A DNA stretch of 59,633 nt from Sulfurimonas sp. (GTDB lineage Bacteria; Campylobacterota; Campylobacteria; Campylobacterales; Sulfurimonadaceae): assembly GCA_027071075.1 (NCBI GenBank), contig JALSUU010000181.1, positions 1 through 59,633 on the forward strand. The letters run 5' to 3'. Position numbers and translations under genes: made by a program. Position 1 is the first letter of the stretch. Every line of letters starts with the position of its first letter. The notes under the pieces were generated by a model. The model was not told where the DNA came from. It searched no databases and was given only the letters and a program-made list of their open reading frames with translations. Below, in pieces: positions 11,065 through 20,654 of the stretch.

Positions 11065-13239
11065 TTATGTTTGTTGCATCGCTATTGAGCCAAGTACTTC
11101 AAAGGTTGCAGTTGAGTCAATCTCAGCATGAGAGAGGACAACCACATCTAATGAGAAACGCTCAAATATTTCAGCAATACCACGACGAAGTTGTGGGTCA
11201 ACAATGACTATAACAGGAGAGACTCCTTTTTGAAGGAGTTCAGCAGCTTTTGTACTTGTTGCTTGTATGAGTTCATTTATCTCATTTACATTGAGGAGTA
11301 GGTTTCTTACGCCATCTTGCTCTTGTGATTTTTGAAGTAGGAGTTGCTCACTATTTGTATCAAAAGTCAGTAGACGAATAACACCATCTTCACTTGAGTA
11401 CATCTGCGTGATGATGCGAGAGAGTTTTGCACGCACCTGCTCTGTTATAAGCTCTACATTTTTAGTGAACTCTGCGATATCAGCTATGGTTTCTAATATA
11501 GTAAGCATATCTTTGAGTGGTATCTTCTCATGGAGTAGGGCTTTAAGCACTCTTTGAATAAGCCCAATACTTGCCACTTTCATCACATCATCAACGATAA
11601 CAGGGAAACTATCTTTAATCTTGTCAATAAGTGTCTGCACCTCTTGGCGGGTAAGAAGATCCTCTGCATTGCGTTTGATAAGCTCACTCATATGCGTTGA
11701 GATAACAGTTGATGGATCAACAACTGTATAGCCGTTAATAATGGCATCCTCTTTATCCGCAGGATCAATCCAGAGTGCATCGAGTCCAAAAGCAGGTTCT
11801 TTTGTTGGCTCTCCCTTTATATCGCCCGTAGCCATACCACTATCCATAGCAAGAAATTTATCAGGTTGAATAGTTCCCTCACCAATACTTATACCCTTTA
11901 GAAGAATCTGATAAGCAAAAGGGGCAAGGTGTAAGTTGTCTCGAATACGAACCTGTGGCATCAAAAACCCAAAATCACTCGCAATCTTTCTTCGCATAGA
12001 GCGAATGCGCTCAAGTAAATCTCCACCTTGATTATTATCCGCGAGTTTTATGAGTTGATAACCTAGAGTAAGTTCCAGCATCTCTACTTTAAGTATATCC
12101 TCTAAAGCTGCTTCTTCCTCTTTTGCTATCTCCTCTTGGGTCTTTTTTGGTTTGATTTTTTGAGCCTCTTCACTCTGTTTTGCCTTTGATTTGGAGCCAA
12201 TAAGGGAATCTACATCAAGTATACTCAGTTCCCCTTTATCAAACTTATAAGTCGCCCAACCAAGAGTTGCAAACAGAATCCCTACGAGACCCATTGAAGC
12301 AGTAGGCAGACCAGGAACGAGTGCAAAAAGTATCATGATAAATCCAACTATCATCATGATTTTTGCATTTCCTGCAAGTTGGTTTATTGTTCCCTCTGCG
12401 AAGTTATCGCCATCACTTGAGGATCGAGTAATCATAATACCTGTTGCAGTAGAGATAATAAGTGCAGGAATCTGTCCAACCAAACCATCACCAATAGTTA
12501 AAAGTGTGAAGGTAGAAGCTGCATCACTTACTGTCATGTCGTGTTGAAAAACACCTATAAGAAAACCACCAATAATGTTAATAAGTGTAATAATAATACC
12601 CGCAACAGCATCACCTTTTACAAACTTACTCGATCCATCCATGGCTCCATAAAAGTTCGCATCTTGCAGTATCTCTGCACGGCGTTGTTTTGCCTGTGCA
12701 TCATCAATCAGTCCAGCGTTTAGGTCTGCATCTACTGCCATCTGTTTACCAGGCATAGAGTCAAGAACGAAACGAGCTGCAACCTCTGCAACTCTAGTAG
12801 AACCTTTAGTGATAACCATAAAGTTTATTAAAACCAAAATAGAAAAGACAATGATACCGATAACAAAGTTACCACCAACAACAAAGTCTCCAAAACTGGT
12901 AATAATATCACTAACCGCTTCTCCTCCTTCATTTCCTTTGCTTAGAATCATTCTTGTTGTGGCAATATTTAAAGAGAGTCGAAAAAGGGTTAAAATAAGT
13001 ATGATTGTTGGAAAGGTAGTTAAGTCCGTTGGTTTGGGAACATATAAAGATATTAAAAGAATTAAAACTGCCATTGCCATTGAAACTGTTAAAAGTAAAT
13101 CGAGTATAGCTGATGGAAGTGGAACAATGATAATGGCTAAAATTGCCATTACGAATAGAACAACACTTAAATCACGCTGTCCTATTAAAAAGTTAAGAGT
13201 AGTTCCAACTTGCTGTTTAAAGGTGAGTTTTCTTGCCAT
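11065..13239 (-). CDS. flhA: Flagellar export protein FlhA
   Basis: N-terminal transmembrane helices, RVAEVAARFVLDSMPGKQMAVDADL, FYGAMDGSSKFVKGDA. Confidence 0.97.
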   Translation of the reverse strand: MARKLTFKQQVGTTLNFLIGQRDLSVVLFVMAILAIIIVPLPSAILDLLLTVSMAMAVLILLISLYVPKPTDLTTFPTIILILTLFRLSLNIATTRMILSKGNEGGEAVSDIITSFGDFVVGGNFVIGIIVFSILVLINFMVITKGSTRVAEVAARFVLDSMPGKQMAVDADLNAGLIDDAQAKQRRAEILQDANFYGAMDGSSKFVKGDAVAGIIITLINIIGGFLIGVFQHDMTVSDAASTFTLLTIGDGLVGQIPALIISTATGIMITRSSSDGDNFAEGTINQLAGNAKIMMIVGFIMILFALVPGLPTASMGLVGILFATLGWATYKFDKGELSILDVDSLIGSKSKAKQSEEAQKIKPKKTQEEIAKEEEAALEDILKVEMLELTLGYQLIKLADNNQGGDLLERIRSMRRKIASDFGFLMPQVRIRDNLHLAPFAYQILLKGISIGEGTIQPDKFLAMDSGMATGDIKGEPTKEPAFGLDALWIDPADKEDAIINGYTVVDPSTVISTHMSELIKRNAEDLLTRQEVQTLIDKIKDSFPVIVDDVMKVASIGLIQRVLKALLHEKIPLKDMLTILETIADIAEFTKNVELITEQVRAKLSRIITQMYSSEDGVIRLLTFDTNSEQLLLQKSQEQDGVRNLLLNVNEINELIQATSTKAAELLQKGVSPVIVIVDPQLRRGIAEIFERFSLDVVVLSHAEIDSTATFEVLGSIAMQQT

Positions 13240-13252
13240 CTATCTTCTTAAC

Positions 13253-13657
13253 TTAATCTTCTAAAATATCGGTAAGAGTGAGTTCACCTAAAAAGAAATC
13301 TATTTTTCCCTGAAGTTTATGTAAAAAAGGCCAAATAGAGCAGATATTTGCTTTTTCAGAGGGACAGTTACTTTCAGATGGAGAGCACTCAAAAACAGCA
13401 GGTGCTTTGCCCTCTACACTCGTCATAACTTCAAGCATACTAATCTCTGAGGGTTTTTTAAGTAGCACAAACCCTCCATTTACACCTTTATAGGATTTGA
13501 GGATGCCAGCCTTGGCAAGAGATTGGAGTATTTTTGCTAAAAAGCTTTTTGGAATAGATAACTCTTTAGAGAGTGTTTCACTATCCATAGGTTTATTTGC
13601 TGAAGAGAGAAGTATTAAAGAGAGTATCGCATACTCACTTGCTCGGGTTATTAACAT
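13253..13657 (-). CDS. Rrf2 family transcriptional regulator with three Cys
   Basis: SEYAILSL, wHTH, SYKGVNGGFVL, FECSPSESNCPSEKANIC. Confidence 0.9.
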   Translation of the reverse strand: MLITRASEYAILSLILLSSANKPMDSETLSKELSIPKSFLAKILQSLAKAGILKSYKGVNGGFVLLKKPSEISMLEVMTSVEGKAPAVFECSPSESNCPSEKANICSIWPFLHKLQGKIDFFLGELTLTDILED

Positions 13658-13689
13658 AAAACTACTTTCGTAATGAATTTAGAACTTTT

Positions 13690-13750
13690 ATTATAGCCAA
13701 AAAAGATTAAACTATCTGTTATAGCTTTTTTAAATTATTTTAGCTATAAT
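13690..13750. promoter_or_regulatory. Divergent sigma70 promoter pair (Rrf2-flhA on minus, rpsO on plus)
   Basis: TATAAT on the minus strand at 13690-13695 and on the plus strand at 13745-13750, both preceded by GC. Confidence 0.55.
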
Positions 13751-13812
13751 TCCACTTCAGCTTTTATGCATAAGTGTAAATGTTAGATTATTATACCCAT
13801 CAGGAGGCTATT

Positions 13813-14088
13813 ATGGCTTTAGATTCGGCTAAAAAACAAGAAATAGTTGCAAAATACGGACGCAATGAAAATGACACTGGTTCAAGTGAAGTTCAAATTG
13901 CATTACTTACTACAAGAATTGCAGAGTTAACAGAGCACTTAAAAGTATTCAAAAAAGATCATGCATCTCGTCTTGGACTACTTAAACTCGTTGGACAGCG
14001 TCGTCGTCTTATGAAGTATTTCAAGCGTTCTAACAAAGATGCTTACATGAAATTGGTAGATTCTTTACAAATTCGTGACAATATCTAG
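13813..14088 (+). CDS. rpsO: 30S ribosomal protein S15
   Basis: AGGAGG SD before ATG at 13813; [33 protein letters not shown]. Confidence 0.97.
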   Translation: MALDSAKKQEIVAKYGRNENDTGSSEVQIALLTTRIAELTEHLKVFKKDHASRLGLLKLVGQRRRLMKYFKRSNKDAYMKLVDSLQIRDNI

Positions 14089-14109
14089 TTAGAAACTTTT
14101 TCTACACTT

Positions 14110-14145
14110 CTTAAAACTCTATATCTTTAGAGTTTTAAGTTTTTT
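14110..14145 (+). terminator. Intrinsic terminator of rpsO
   Basis: CTTAAAACTCTA-tatctt-TAGAGTTTTAAG perfect 12-bp stem followed by TTTTTT. Confidence 0.7.
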
Positions 14146-14348
14146 CCTTCAACATTTTTATCTTCTATTTATACTATAAGAAAATATTATATAATTATAA
14201 TTAAAAACCACTCTCTATGTCCCTAATAAAAGCATTTTTACAAAAAATCACAATTTTCTTACCTAATTAATACTAATTCAATATTCTTTTAGTTTTTAAA
14301 GAGTAGTATTGCTGTAATTTAATTTTTTAATTTAACTGGAGGTTTATT

Positions 14349-14783
14349 GTGTCCAATAATTACAGTGATAACGGTGTTAGTACGGAAGGCTTGACATTTT
14401 TAGAGGATGGAGAAGTTCTCTATAATGACTTATACCTTCTATCTGAAACAGATGAAAAGGGTATTATAAAGTATGTAAGTGATTCATTTTTAAAAATAGC
14501 AAATATGAAAGCAGAAGAGTTAATAGGGCAACCTCATAATATTGTGAGACATCCAGATATGCCAAGAGCGGCTTTTAAGTCTCTTTGGGATGATGTGCAG
14601 TCAAAAGGGTTCTGGACTGGATATGTAAAAAATGCAAGAAAGGGTGGCGGTTTTTACTGGGTATATGCAACAGTGCTCCGTTCTATTGATAAAGCGGGAA
14701 ATACGAGATATGTTTCTATCAGAGTAAAGCCTTCTCGTGAAGATATTCAAAAAGCAAGCGAACTTTACGCAACATTAGATTAA
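14349..14783 (+). CDS. Stand-alone Aer/CetB-type FAD-binding PAS protein
   Basis: SETDEKGII, GQPHNIVRHPDMP, LW, WTGYVKN...GGFYWV; GGAGG SD before the GTG. Confidence 0.85.
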   Translation: MSNNYSDNGVSTEGLTFLEDGEVLYNDLYLLSETDEKGIIKYVSDSFLKIANMKAEELIGQPHNIVRHPDMPRAAFKSLWDDVQSKGFWTGYVKNARKGGGFYWVYATVLRSIDKAGNTRYVSIRVKPSREDIQKASELYATLD

Positions 14784-14800
14784 GAGAAAAGGATTTTATA

Positions 14801-16690
14801 ATGGCATTAATGAAGAAAAGTAATATGGGATCATCATCTGCAGTTGTATCTTCAGGTGGAGCAGATAAGAGAAAACAGAGAACTTTAGCAAAACAACAAC
14901 AGATAAGTGAAAGTATCGCTGGTGTTTCCATGAGTATTTTAGAAAACGCTCAAGAGAGTGTAAGTGCGATAGAACAACTTAAGTCTTCTATGGAGCAAAT
15001 TGCAACAGCGGCAGAAGAGAATAGTGGAGCAAGTGAACAAGCACTCTCTAATGTAAAGGGAATCAATACAAATATTGGAAGAATGACAAGCACTATTAAT
15101 GCTGTAACTGCTTCAACACTCTCCGCAGGTGATAGCATTATGTCAGCGGTTTCAAAGATAAATGTAAGTGTTGATCGTATGGGTAATGCTGTAACAGTTG
15201 CGAATGAATCAGCTACAAAGAGTGAAGAGCTTAAAGAGTCTTCTCAAAATATTGGAAATGCAGTTGGCTTTATTGCAAAAATTGCAGATCAGACAAATCT
15301 TCTTGCACTTAATGCTGCTATTGAAGCAAGTCGTGCAAAAGAGCATGGAAAAGGTTTTGCAGTTGTAGCTGATGAGACGCGTGCTTTAGCTGGTGAGAGT
15401 GAAAAAAATGCTGAGTTTATCTCTGAGCTTGTCAATAAAATTCAAGGAAGCATTGACAACATCATAAAAAGTATCGGTTCTACTACAAATATCATCTCAG
15501 ATAATGGAGTGAAGGGAAATAGTCTTGCTCTAAAGATGGAAGAGTTAACAAAGATTGCAGTCTACTCAGTAGAGGCTTCGAGAAGTATTAGTTCATACAC
15601 CACACAACTCGGTAATTTTATAGAGAAGATTAACGATGGGTCTGGAGATATTGCACAAGCTTCTAGTGAGATAGCACTCTCTGTTGAAAAAACTCTTAAC
15701 TCTATCGAAGTACAATCTGATGCACTCTCTCAAACAGAAGATGATATCAAAGAACTCTCAAATCTTGCAGAAGAGTTAAAATACTCTACAGATACAATGA
15801 AATCTGCTGAAGATATTGCAATGAGTGCTGATACTATTGGTGCATCAATGGATGATATCCAAAACTCATTAGAGGATGTAACAACTGCTTTAAATGCTAT
15901 GGAAGAGGCTTCTCAAGATACAAATCAGAGTGCGCTTAATAATAAAGAGCTTATCGAAGCAGGTCTTGCAACAGCACAAGATATAGATAAGCTTATAGAG
16001 ATAGCACGAAGAAACTTTGACCTTTTAAAAATCTCTTTTAATGAAGTGAAATCTTCTGTTGTTGAGATTAAAACATCATTTAGTGACTCAATAGAGCAGG
16101 GGAATGATGCTGCAAGTGAACTCAATGTTATTGTAAAAGAGACAAAAAGTGTTGATAAAACAGTTGGAAATATCTCTAACTCTATTGTGCAGTTAAATAT
16201 GCTTGCTATTAGTGGTTCTATTGAAGCTGCGCGTGCTGGTGATTTTGGAAAAGGCTTTGCTGTTGTATCTGCTGATATTAGAAATCTTGCAAAAGATTCA
16301 GAAAGCAATACAGAAAAGATTAATGATATCGTTGAGTCAATGAACTCTGAGATTGATACTGTGAAAAATGATTGGAATAATCTTTTGCACTCACAAGGTC
16401 TAGAGGAGAGTTCAATTAACTCACTTGTAGATGATATCGTAATAATTACAGAAGTGCTTGTAGATTTACTTGATAAATACACTGGACTCAAGGCTGCAAA
16501 TGATCAAAACTTAGAGGGTATGAATCAGGTGATGATTGGTATTAGTGAGATTCAAAAAGCGGTAGAGTTAAGTGCGAGAAATGCGAGTGAATCTCGTAAG
16601 GCAAGTGAACTGATTATCGACACTGTAACTCATATTAGTGAGGGTGTAGAAGAGCTAGCAATAATGGCAGATGAACTACAACAAGGTTAA
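14801..16690 (+). CDS. Soluble methyl-accepting chemotaxis protein with two signalling domains (DosM-like)
   Basis: No transmembrane segment. Tip 1 IADQTNLLALNAAIEASRA..GKGFAVVA (aa ~161-197); tip 2 QLNMLAISGSIEAARAGDFGKGFAVVS (aa ~461-497). Confidence 0.9.
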   Translation: MALMKKSNMGSSSAVVSSGGADKRKQRTLAKQQQISESIAGVSMSILENAQESVSAIEQLKSSMEQIATAAEENSGASEQALSNVKGINTNIGRMTSTINAVTASTLSAGDSIMSAVSKINVSVDRMGNAVTVANESATKSEELKESSQNIGNAVGFIAKIADQTNLLALNAAIEASRAKEHGKGFAVVADETRALAGESEKNAEFISELVNKIQGSIDNIIKSIGSTTNIISDNGVKGNSLALKMEELTKIAVYSVEASRSISSYTTQLGNFIEKINDGSGDIAQASSEIALSVEKTLNSIEVQSDALSQTEDDIKELSNLAEELKYSTDTMKSAEDIAMSADTIGASMDDIQNSLEDVTTALNAMEEASQDTNQSALNNKELIEAGLATAQDIDKLIEIARRNFDLLKISFNEVKSSVVEIKTSFSDSIEQGNDAASELNVIVKETKSVDKTVGNISNSIVQLNMLAISGSIEAARAGDFGKGFAVVSADIRNLAKDSESNTEKINDIVESMNSEIDTVKNDWNNLLHSQGLEESSINSLVDDIVIITEVLVDLLDKYTGLKAANDQNLEGMNQVMIGISEIQKAVELSARNASESRKASELIIDTVTHISEGVEELAIMADELQQG

Positions 16691-16706
16691 AAAATAGGTG
16701 CACACT

Positions 16707-18077
16707 ATGCAAGTTCAAGAGATTTTAATCGTTAAAAATGCTCATGAAAATTATGGTATATCTACAGAAGATATTAACCAAATTTCGAGAGTTCCTGCAC
16801 TCATGCCTCTTCCTCTAAGACCTTCTGGTGTAAGAGGTTTATGCTCAGTTAGCGGAAGTGTTGTTTCTATGGTTGATATGAATATACTTTTAGATATGCC
16901 AGAAATTGATTTGGAGAATCCTAAAAGTAGACTTGTGAGTTTGAATGGTGCTCTCTCATCCAACACACTTTTAGTTTCAGATGTAGACAATACAGTCGAG
17001 ATTAATGAAAAAAATATAGAATATATTGAGACGGAAAATGATCCTGTCATAGCAATATATAAGCATGAGAATATTCTTGTTCAAATTATTTCTTTAGAAG
17101 AGTTGTTTTCAAAAATGAACAGAGTTGAAATAGCTGCAAAAGAGATAGGCGCTGGAAAAGTTAAAGAGAGTGTAGACAAAGAAGAAGATAGCATTCGTTT
17201 TTTAATTTTTTCAATGGCGAATGAAAAGTACGCTTTAGAGATAGATTATCTCCAAGAGATTATATTGGCAGATTTAGAATACACTGAGATTGCAGGGAGT
17301 GCAGAGGATATTCTTGGTTTAATAACACTTAGAGAAGAGCTTTTACTTATCGTAGATCTTCGTGCATACTATGGGTTTGAAATGAAAAATAGTGATGAGA
17401 ATAGAGTGCTAGTTATCTCTTATGACAATAAAAAGATAGGACTTCGAATTGACTCTATTATAGATATTCAAAATTTTTATAAAAAAGATATTGAGTTTAT
17501 GGGTGATAGACTTGATGATAATAAAATAGCAGGAGTAATCCATGCAAAAGATTCTCTTATTTCATTTTTTGACAAGGATGTTATTACTGAGATATTTGCG
17601 CAGAATGACTCTTTTATTGATTCTGATACAAACAATAAAGAGATAAAAGTAGAAGAAGAGTCAGTAATGGAAATTATTGTTTTTAAACTTGCAGGCAAAG
17701 AGTATGCTTTTAATGTTGACTATGTGGATGAAATAATAGACAGAGTCCCTGCAACGGATGTCTCTTTTACTGATGCAGCGATTGATGGAATTATAAATAT
17801 TCGAGGTCAAATTGTTACTATAGTTTCTCTCTTCACAAAGTTACATATTGAAGCAGTGATTGACAATGATTCTAAAATTATTGTTTGTAATATAGATGGC
17901 GATAAAATAGGTTTTGTTGTTGATAGTGTAAGTGATATACTAGATATTAGTGAAAAAGATATTGTAGAAGAAGAGAATAAATATTTTGATAGTGTTTTAC
18001 ATCTTGAAGATGGAAAGAGGTTAGTACTCTCTATGAACATAGAAAATATATTAAAAAAGGAGCCAATAGATGGCTAA
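16707..18077 (+). CDS. cheW: Chemotaxis coupling protein with three tandem CheW domains
   Basis: Three repeats of the CheW pattern: VRGLCSVSGSVVSMVD; ILGLITLREELLLIVDLR; IDGIINIRGQIVTIV...GFVVDSV. ATG 16707 preferred over GTG 16698. Confidence 0.88.
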   Translation: MQVQEILIVKNAHENYGISTEDINQISRVPALMPLPLRPSGVRGLCSVSGSVVSMVDMNILLDMPEIDLENPKSRLVSLNGALSSNTLLVSDVDNTVEINEKNIEYIETENDPVIAIYKHENILVQIISLEELFSKMNRVEIAAKEIGAGKVKESVDKEEDSIRFLIFSMANEKYALEIDYLQEIILADLEYTEIAGSAEDILGLITLREELLLIVDLRAYYGFEMKNSDENRVLVISYDNKKIGLRIDSIIDIQNFYKKDIEFMGDRLDDNKIAGVIHAKDSLISFFDKDVITEIFAQNDSFIDSDTNNKEIKVEEESVMEIIVFKLAGKEYAFNVDYVDEIIDRVPATDVSFTDAAIDGIINIRGQIVTIVSLFTKLHIEAVIDNDSKIIVCNIDGDKIGFVVDSVSDILDISEKDIVEEENKYFDSVLHLEDGKRLVLSMNIENILKKEPIDG

Positions 18078-19152
18078 ACATATTTTAATAGTTGATGATT
18101 CAGCACTTGTGAGAAAACAACTGAGTGAGATGATAAATTCATTGGGATTTGAGATAGAGTTTGCAAAAAATGGTCGAGAAGCAGTAGATAAAGCAACTTC
18201 TACCCAATATGATGTCATCACAATGGATATTAATATGCCAATAATGGATGGTATAGAAGCAGTTCGCCAAATCATGCAAGCACAACCTACACCTATTTTA
18301 ATGGTAAGTTCTCTTACAACAGATGATGCAACTATAACCATGGATGCTATGGATTTAGGAGCAGTAGATTATATTGCTAAACCAGGTACTATGAATGTTG
18401 GAAAAAATGAAAATCGTGAAGAGATTTTAAGTAAGGTGAGCTCTTTAAGTCGTATATCCCCAAGACGACTGAAGCGTCAGATGGCACGATCATCCTCGCG
18501 AGAGCGAAGACGAAGTGAACCAAGACAAAGTAGAGTGGTTTCATCAAGAGAAACAGCAAATGCTCTTACTTCTAAAGATATTGAAAAAGTGATTTTGATT
18601 GGTTCTTCTACTGGGGGACCTGGTTTGATAGAGCAGATCTGTTCCTCTTTACCAGCCAACTATAAACATCCTGTCTGTATTGTTCAGCATATGCCAGAGC
18701 AGTTTACAGCAGCCTTTGCACAGCGTTTAGATAGAGCAAGTATTTTACCTGTTCATGAGAGTAAGCAAAATATGGAACTTCTTCCAGGAAATGTTTATGT
18801 AGCTCGTGGTGGAGTCCATATGCATTTTGCAAAAAAAGTCTCTGGAAAGATTGTGATTAGAGAGGAAAAAGATAAGGGAACTTGCTTTTTTCAACCAAGT
18901 GTGAATGAGATGATGAAGAGTGCACTAGAAGTTTTCGGTGGTAAAAATTTAGTAGGTGTTATTCTTACTGGAATCGGTGATGATGGGGCAGATGCTATGG
19001 TAGCTATCAAAAAAGATGGTGCATATACACTTGGTGAGAGTGAAAATAGTGCAACAGTATATGGTATGCCAAAAGAAGCCTATGATAGAGGTGGTGTGCA
19101 AGAGCAGTTAGATTTCCCTGCTATACTTAAAAAAATTGCAACTCTAAGATAA
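18070..19152 (+). CDS. cheB: Chemotaxis methylesterase/deamidase CheB with receiver domain
   Basis: REC (IVDDS, TMDINMP, KP) plus catalytic motifs GSSTGGP, VQHMP, LTGIGDDGA. Confidence 0.95.
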   Translation: MAKHILIVDDSALVRKQLSEMINSLGFEIEFAKNGREAVDKATSTQYDVITMDINMPIMDGIEAVRQIMQAQPTPILMVSSLTTDDATITMDAMDLGAVDYIAKPGTMNVGKNENREEILSKVSSLSRISPRRLKRQMARSSSRERRRSEPRQSRVVSSRETANALTSKDIEKVILIGSSTGGPGLIEQICSSLPANYKHPVCIVQHMPEQFTAAFAQRLDRASILPVHESKQNMELLPGNVYVARGGVHMHFAKKVSGKIVIREEKDKGTCFFQPSVNEMMKSALEVFGGKNLVGVILTGIGDDGADAMVAIKKDGAYTLGESENSATVYGMPKEAYDRGGVQEQLDFPAILKKIATLR

Positions 19153-19163
19153 GGAGATAGTAG

Positions 19164-19787
19164 ATGGCATTAGTGAAAAAACATGTAGCTCAGGATGTTC
19201 CAGAATTAGAAACTTTTTCTAATCTAGAAGATGCCAAAGAGGCTTTTTTTGCAATAGATGAAGATTCTGATAAGGATTATATCGTTGATGAGATTGTGAA
19301 GTTTCATGGTGGGGGTGAGTTCTTAATAGAGTATATTCAAAATGATGATGTAGATAAAAATGTAGCGACAAAAGTTGCATCTGCTATCTCTTCTATGGAT
19401 CCAGATGAGGCACCAATTGAGATGATTATGGATTTGTTAAAGCTTGAGAATGCTTACATACGAAATCTAGGTATATCCATGCTGAGAGATTTTGGTGATT
19501 CTATAAAATACTACATAGTGAAATTTCTCATTGGTGATGACAGAGATTTACGCATCTTTGCTATTAATGTTTTAGGAGATGTTGATTTTTCTGAATCTCG
19601 TGATATGCTTGTAGAACTTTTACAAAATGAAGAAGATATAAATGTTGCAATGACAGCAGTTGATTATATGGGTGAGATAGGAGAGGAGGAGGATATCCCT
19701 CTTTTAGAGTCATTAAAAGAACGATTTTCTGGTGAAGTATATGTTGAATTTGCCGTTGATGGTGCTGTCTCAATGATAAAAGGATAG
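19164..19787 (+). CDS. HEAT-repeat (PBS-lyase-like) protein of the chemosensory cluster
   Basis: Repeats LKLENAYIRNLGISML, DDRDLRIFAINVLG, EEDINVAMTAVDYMGEIG; located between cheB and cheR. Confidence 0.8.
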   Translation: MALVKKHVAQDVPELETFSNLEDAKEAFFAIDEDSDKDYIVDEIVKFHGGGEFLIEYIQNDDVDKNVATKVASAISSMDPDEAPIEMIMDLLKLENAYIRNLGISMLRDFGDSIKYYIVKFLIGDDRDLRIFAINVLGDVDFSESRDMLVELLQNEEDINVAMTAVDYMGEIGEEEDIPLLESLKERFSGEVYVEFAVDGAVSMIKG

Positions 19788-19793
19788 TATATT

Positions 19794-20624
19794 ATGGCAC
19801 ACTTATTATCAAAAGAGAATTTTACTAAGATTGGTGAATTTATTTATAGAAAAAGTGGTATCCATTTAGAAGTAGATAAACACTTTGATAAACTGGCTAA
19901 ATACATAGATAAGCGCTCTAAAGAGTTGGAGTTAGATAACTTTAGAAAGTACTTCTTTAAACTTCGTTTTGAAGATAAAGATGGATTAGAGTTTCAAGAG
20001 TTAATGAATGCAATTACTGTAAATGAGACTTACTTCTTTAGAGAGAAAGATCAGTTTGAAGTTTTGGTAAATAAAATATTGCCAGAGCTCCATAGTCGCA
20101 TGCCAGCTTCAAAACCTCTACGCATTTTATCCTCACCCTGTTCGACTGGGGAAGAACCTTACTCTATGATTTTACATATTGTAGAAGAGGGAACTATCGT
20201 AGAAGAGAGAGATATAGAAGTAGTTGGAATAGATATTGACTCTACTGTTATTAGAAAGGCACAGGTTGCAAAGTATAGTGATCGTTCTGTACATGCTATC
20301 CCAAAACCAATTTTAAATAAATGGTTTGTAAAAAAGCCTCTGGGATATGAGTTATGTGAAGATTTACAAGGAAGTGTTGATCTTCAAGTTGCAAATGTTT
20401 TTGATAAGGCACAGATGCGTAAGCTCGGAAAATTCGATGTAATATTTTCACGAAATATGCTTATCTATTTTGATGATGCATCAAGAAAAGAGGTTGCTAT
20501 GACATTTTATGACATGTTAAACCCAGGTGGGTATGTTCTTTTAGGGCATGCTGAGTATATGAGTCGTATAGTTTCGGTATTTAAAGCGAAAAAAGTAGAC
20601 TCAACACTGATATATCAAAAATAA
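19794..20624 (+). CDS. cheR: Chemotaxis methyltransferase CheR
   Basis: TVNETYFFRE, PCSTGEEPYS, GIDID, FDVIFSRNMLIYFD, LLGHAE. Confidence 0.95.
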   Translation: MAHLLSKENFTKIGEFIYRKSGIHLEVDKHFDKLAKYIDKRSKELELDNFRKYFFKLRFEDKDGLEFQELMNAITVNETYFFREKDQFEVLVNKILPELHSRMPASKPLRILSSPCSTGEEPYSMILHIVEEGTIVEERDIEVVGIDIDSTVIRKAQVAKYSDRSVHAIPKPILNKWFVKKPLGYELCEDLQGSVDLQVANVFDKAQMRKLGKFDVIFSRNMLIYFDDASRKEVAMTFYDMLNPGGYVLLGHAEYMSRIVSVFKAKKVDSTLIYQK

Positions 20625-20654
20625 AAATAATTTAAAAAATATAGGAGAATAATT

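Noticed and set aside
13780-13812. Longer upstream starts given in the ORF track (rpsO 13780; also 26314, 30404, 33531, 35485, 39609, 47617, 52779)
   Set aside because: Downstream starts fit the SD position, family N-termini and gene packing better.
14146-14348. Very AT-rich spacer with the palindrome TAATTATAATTA (14192-14203) as a possible Fur/PerR box; also searched for sigma28/sigma54 promoters
   Set aside because: A/T-only palindromes are expected by chance here, and no convincing TGGCAC-N5-TTGC or sigma28 motif was found.
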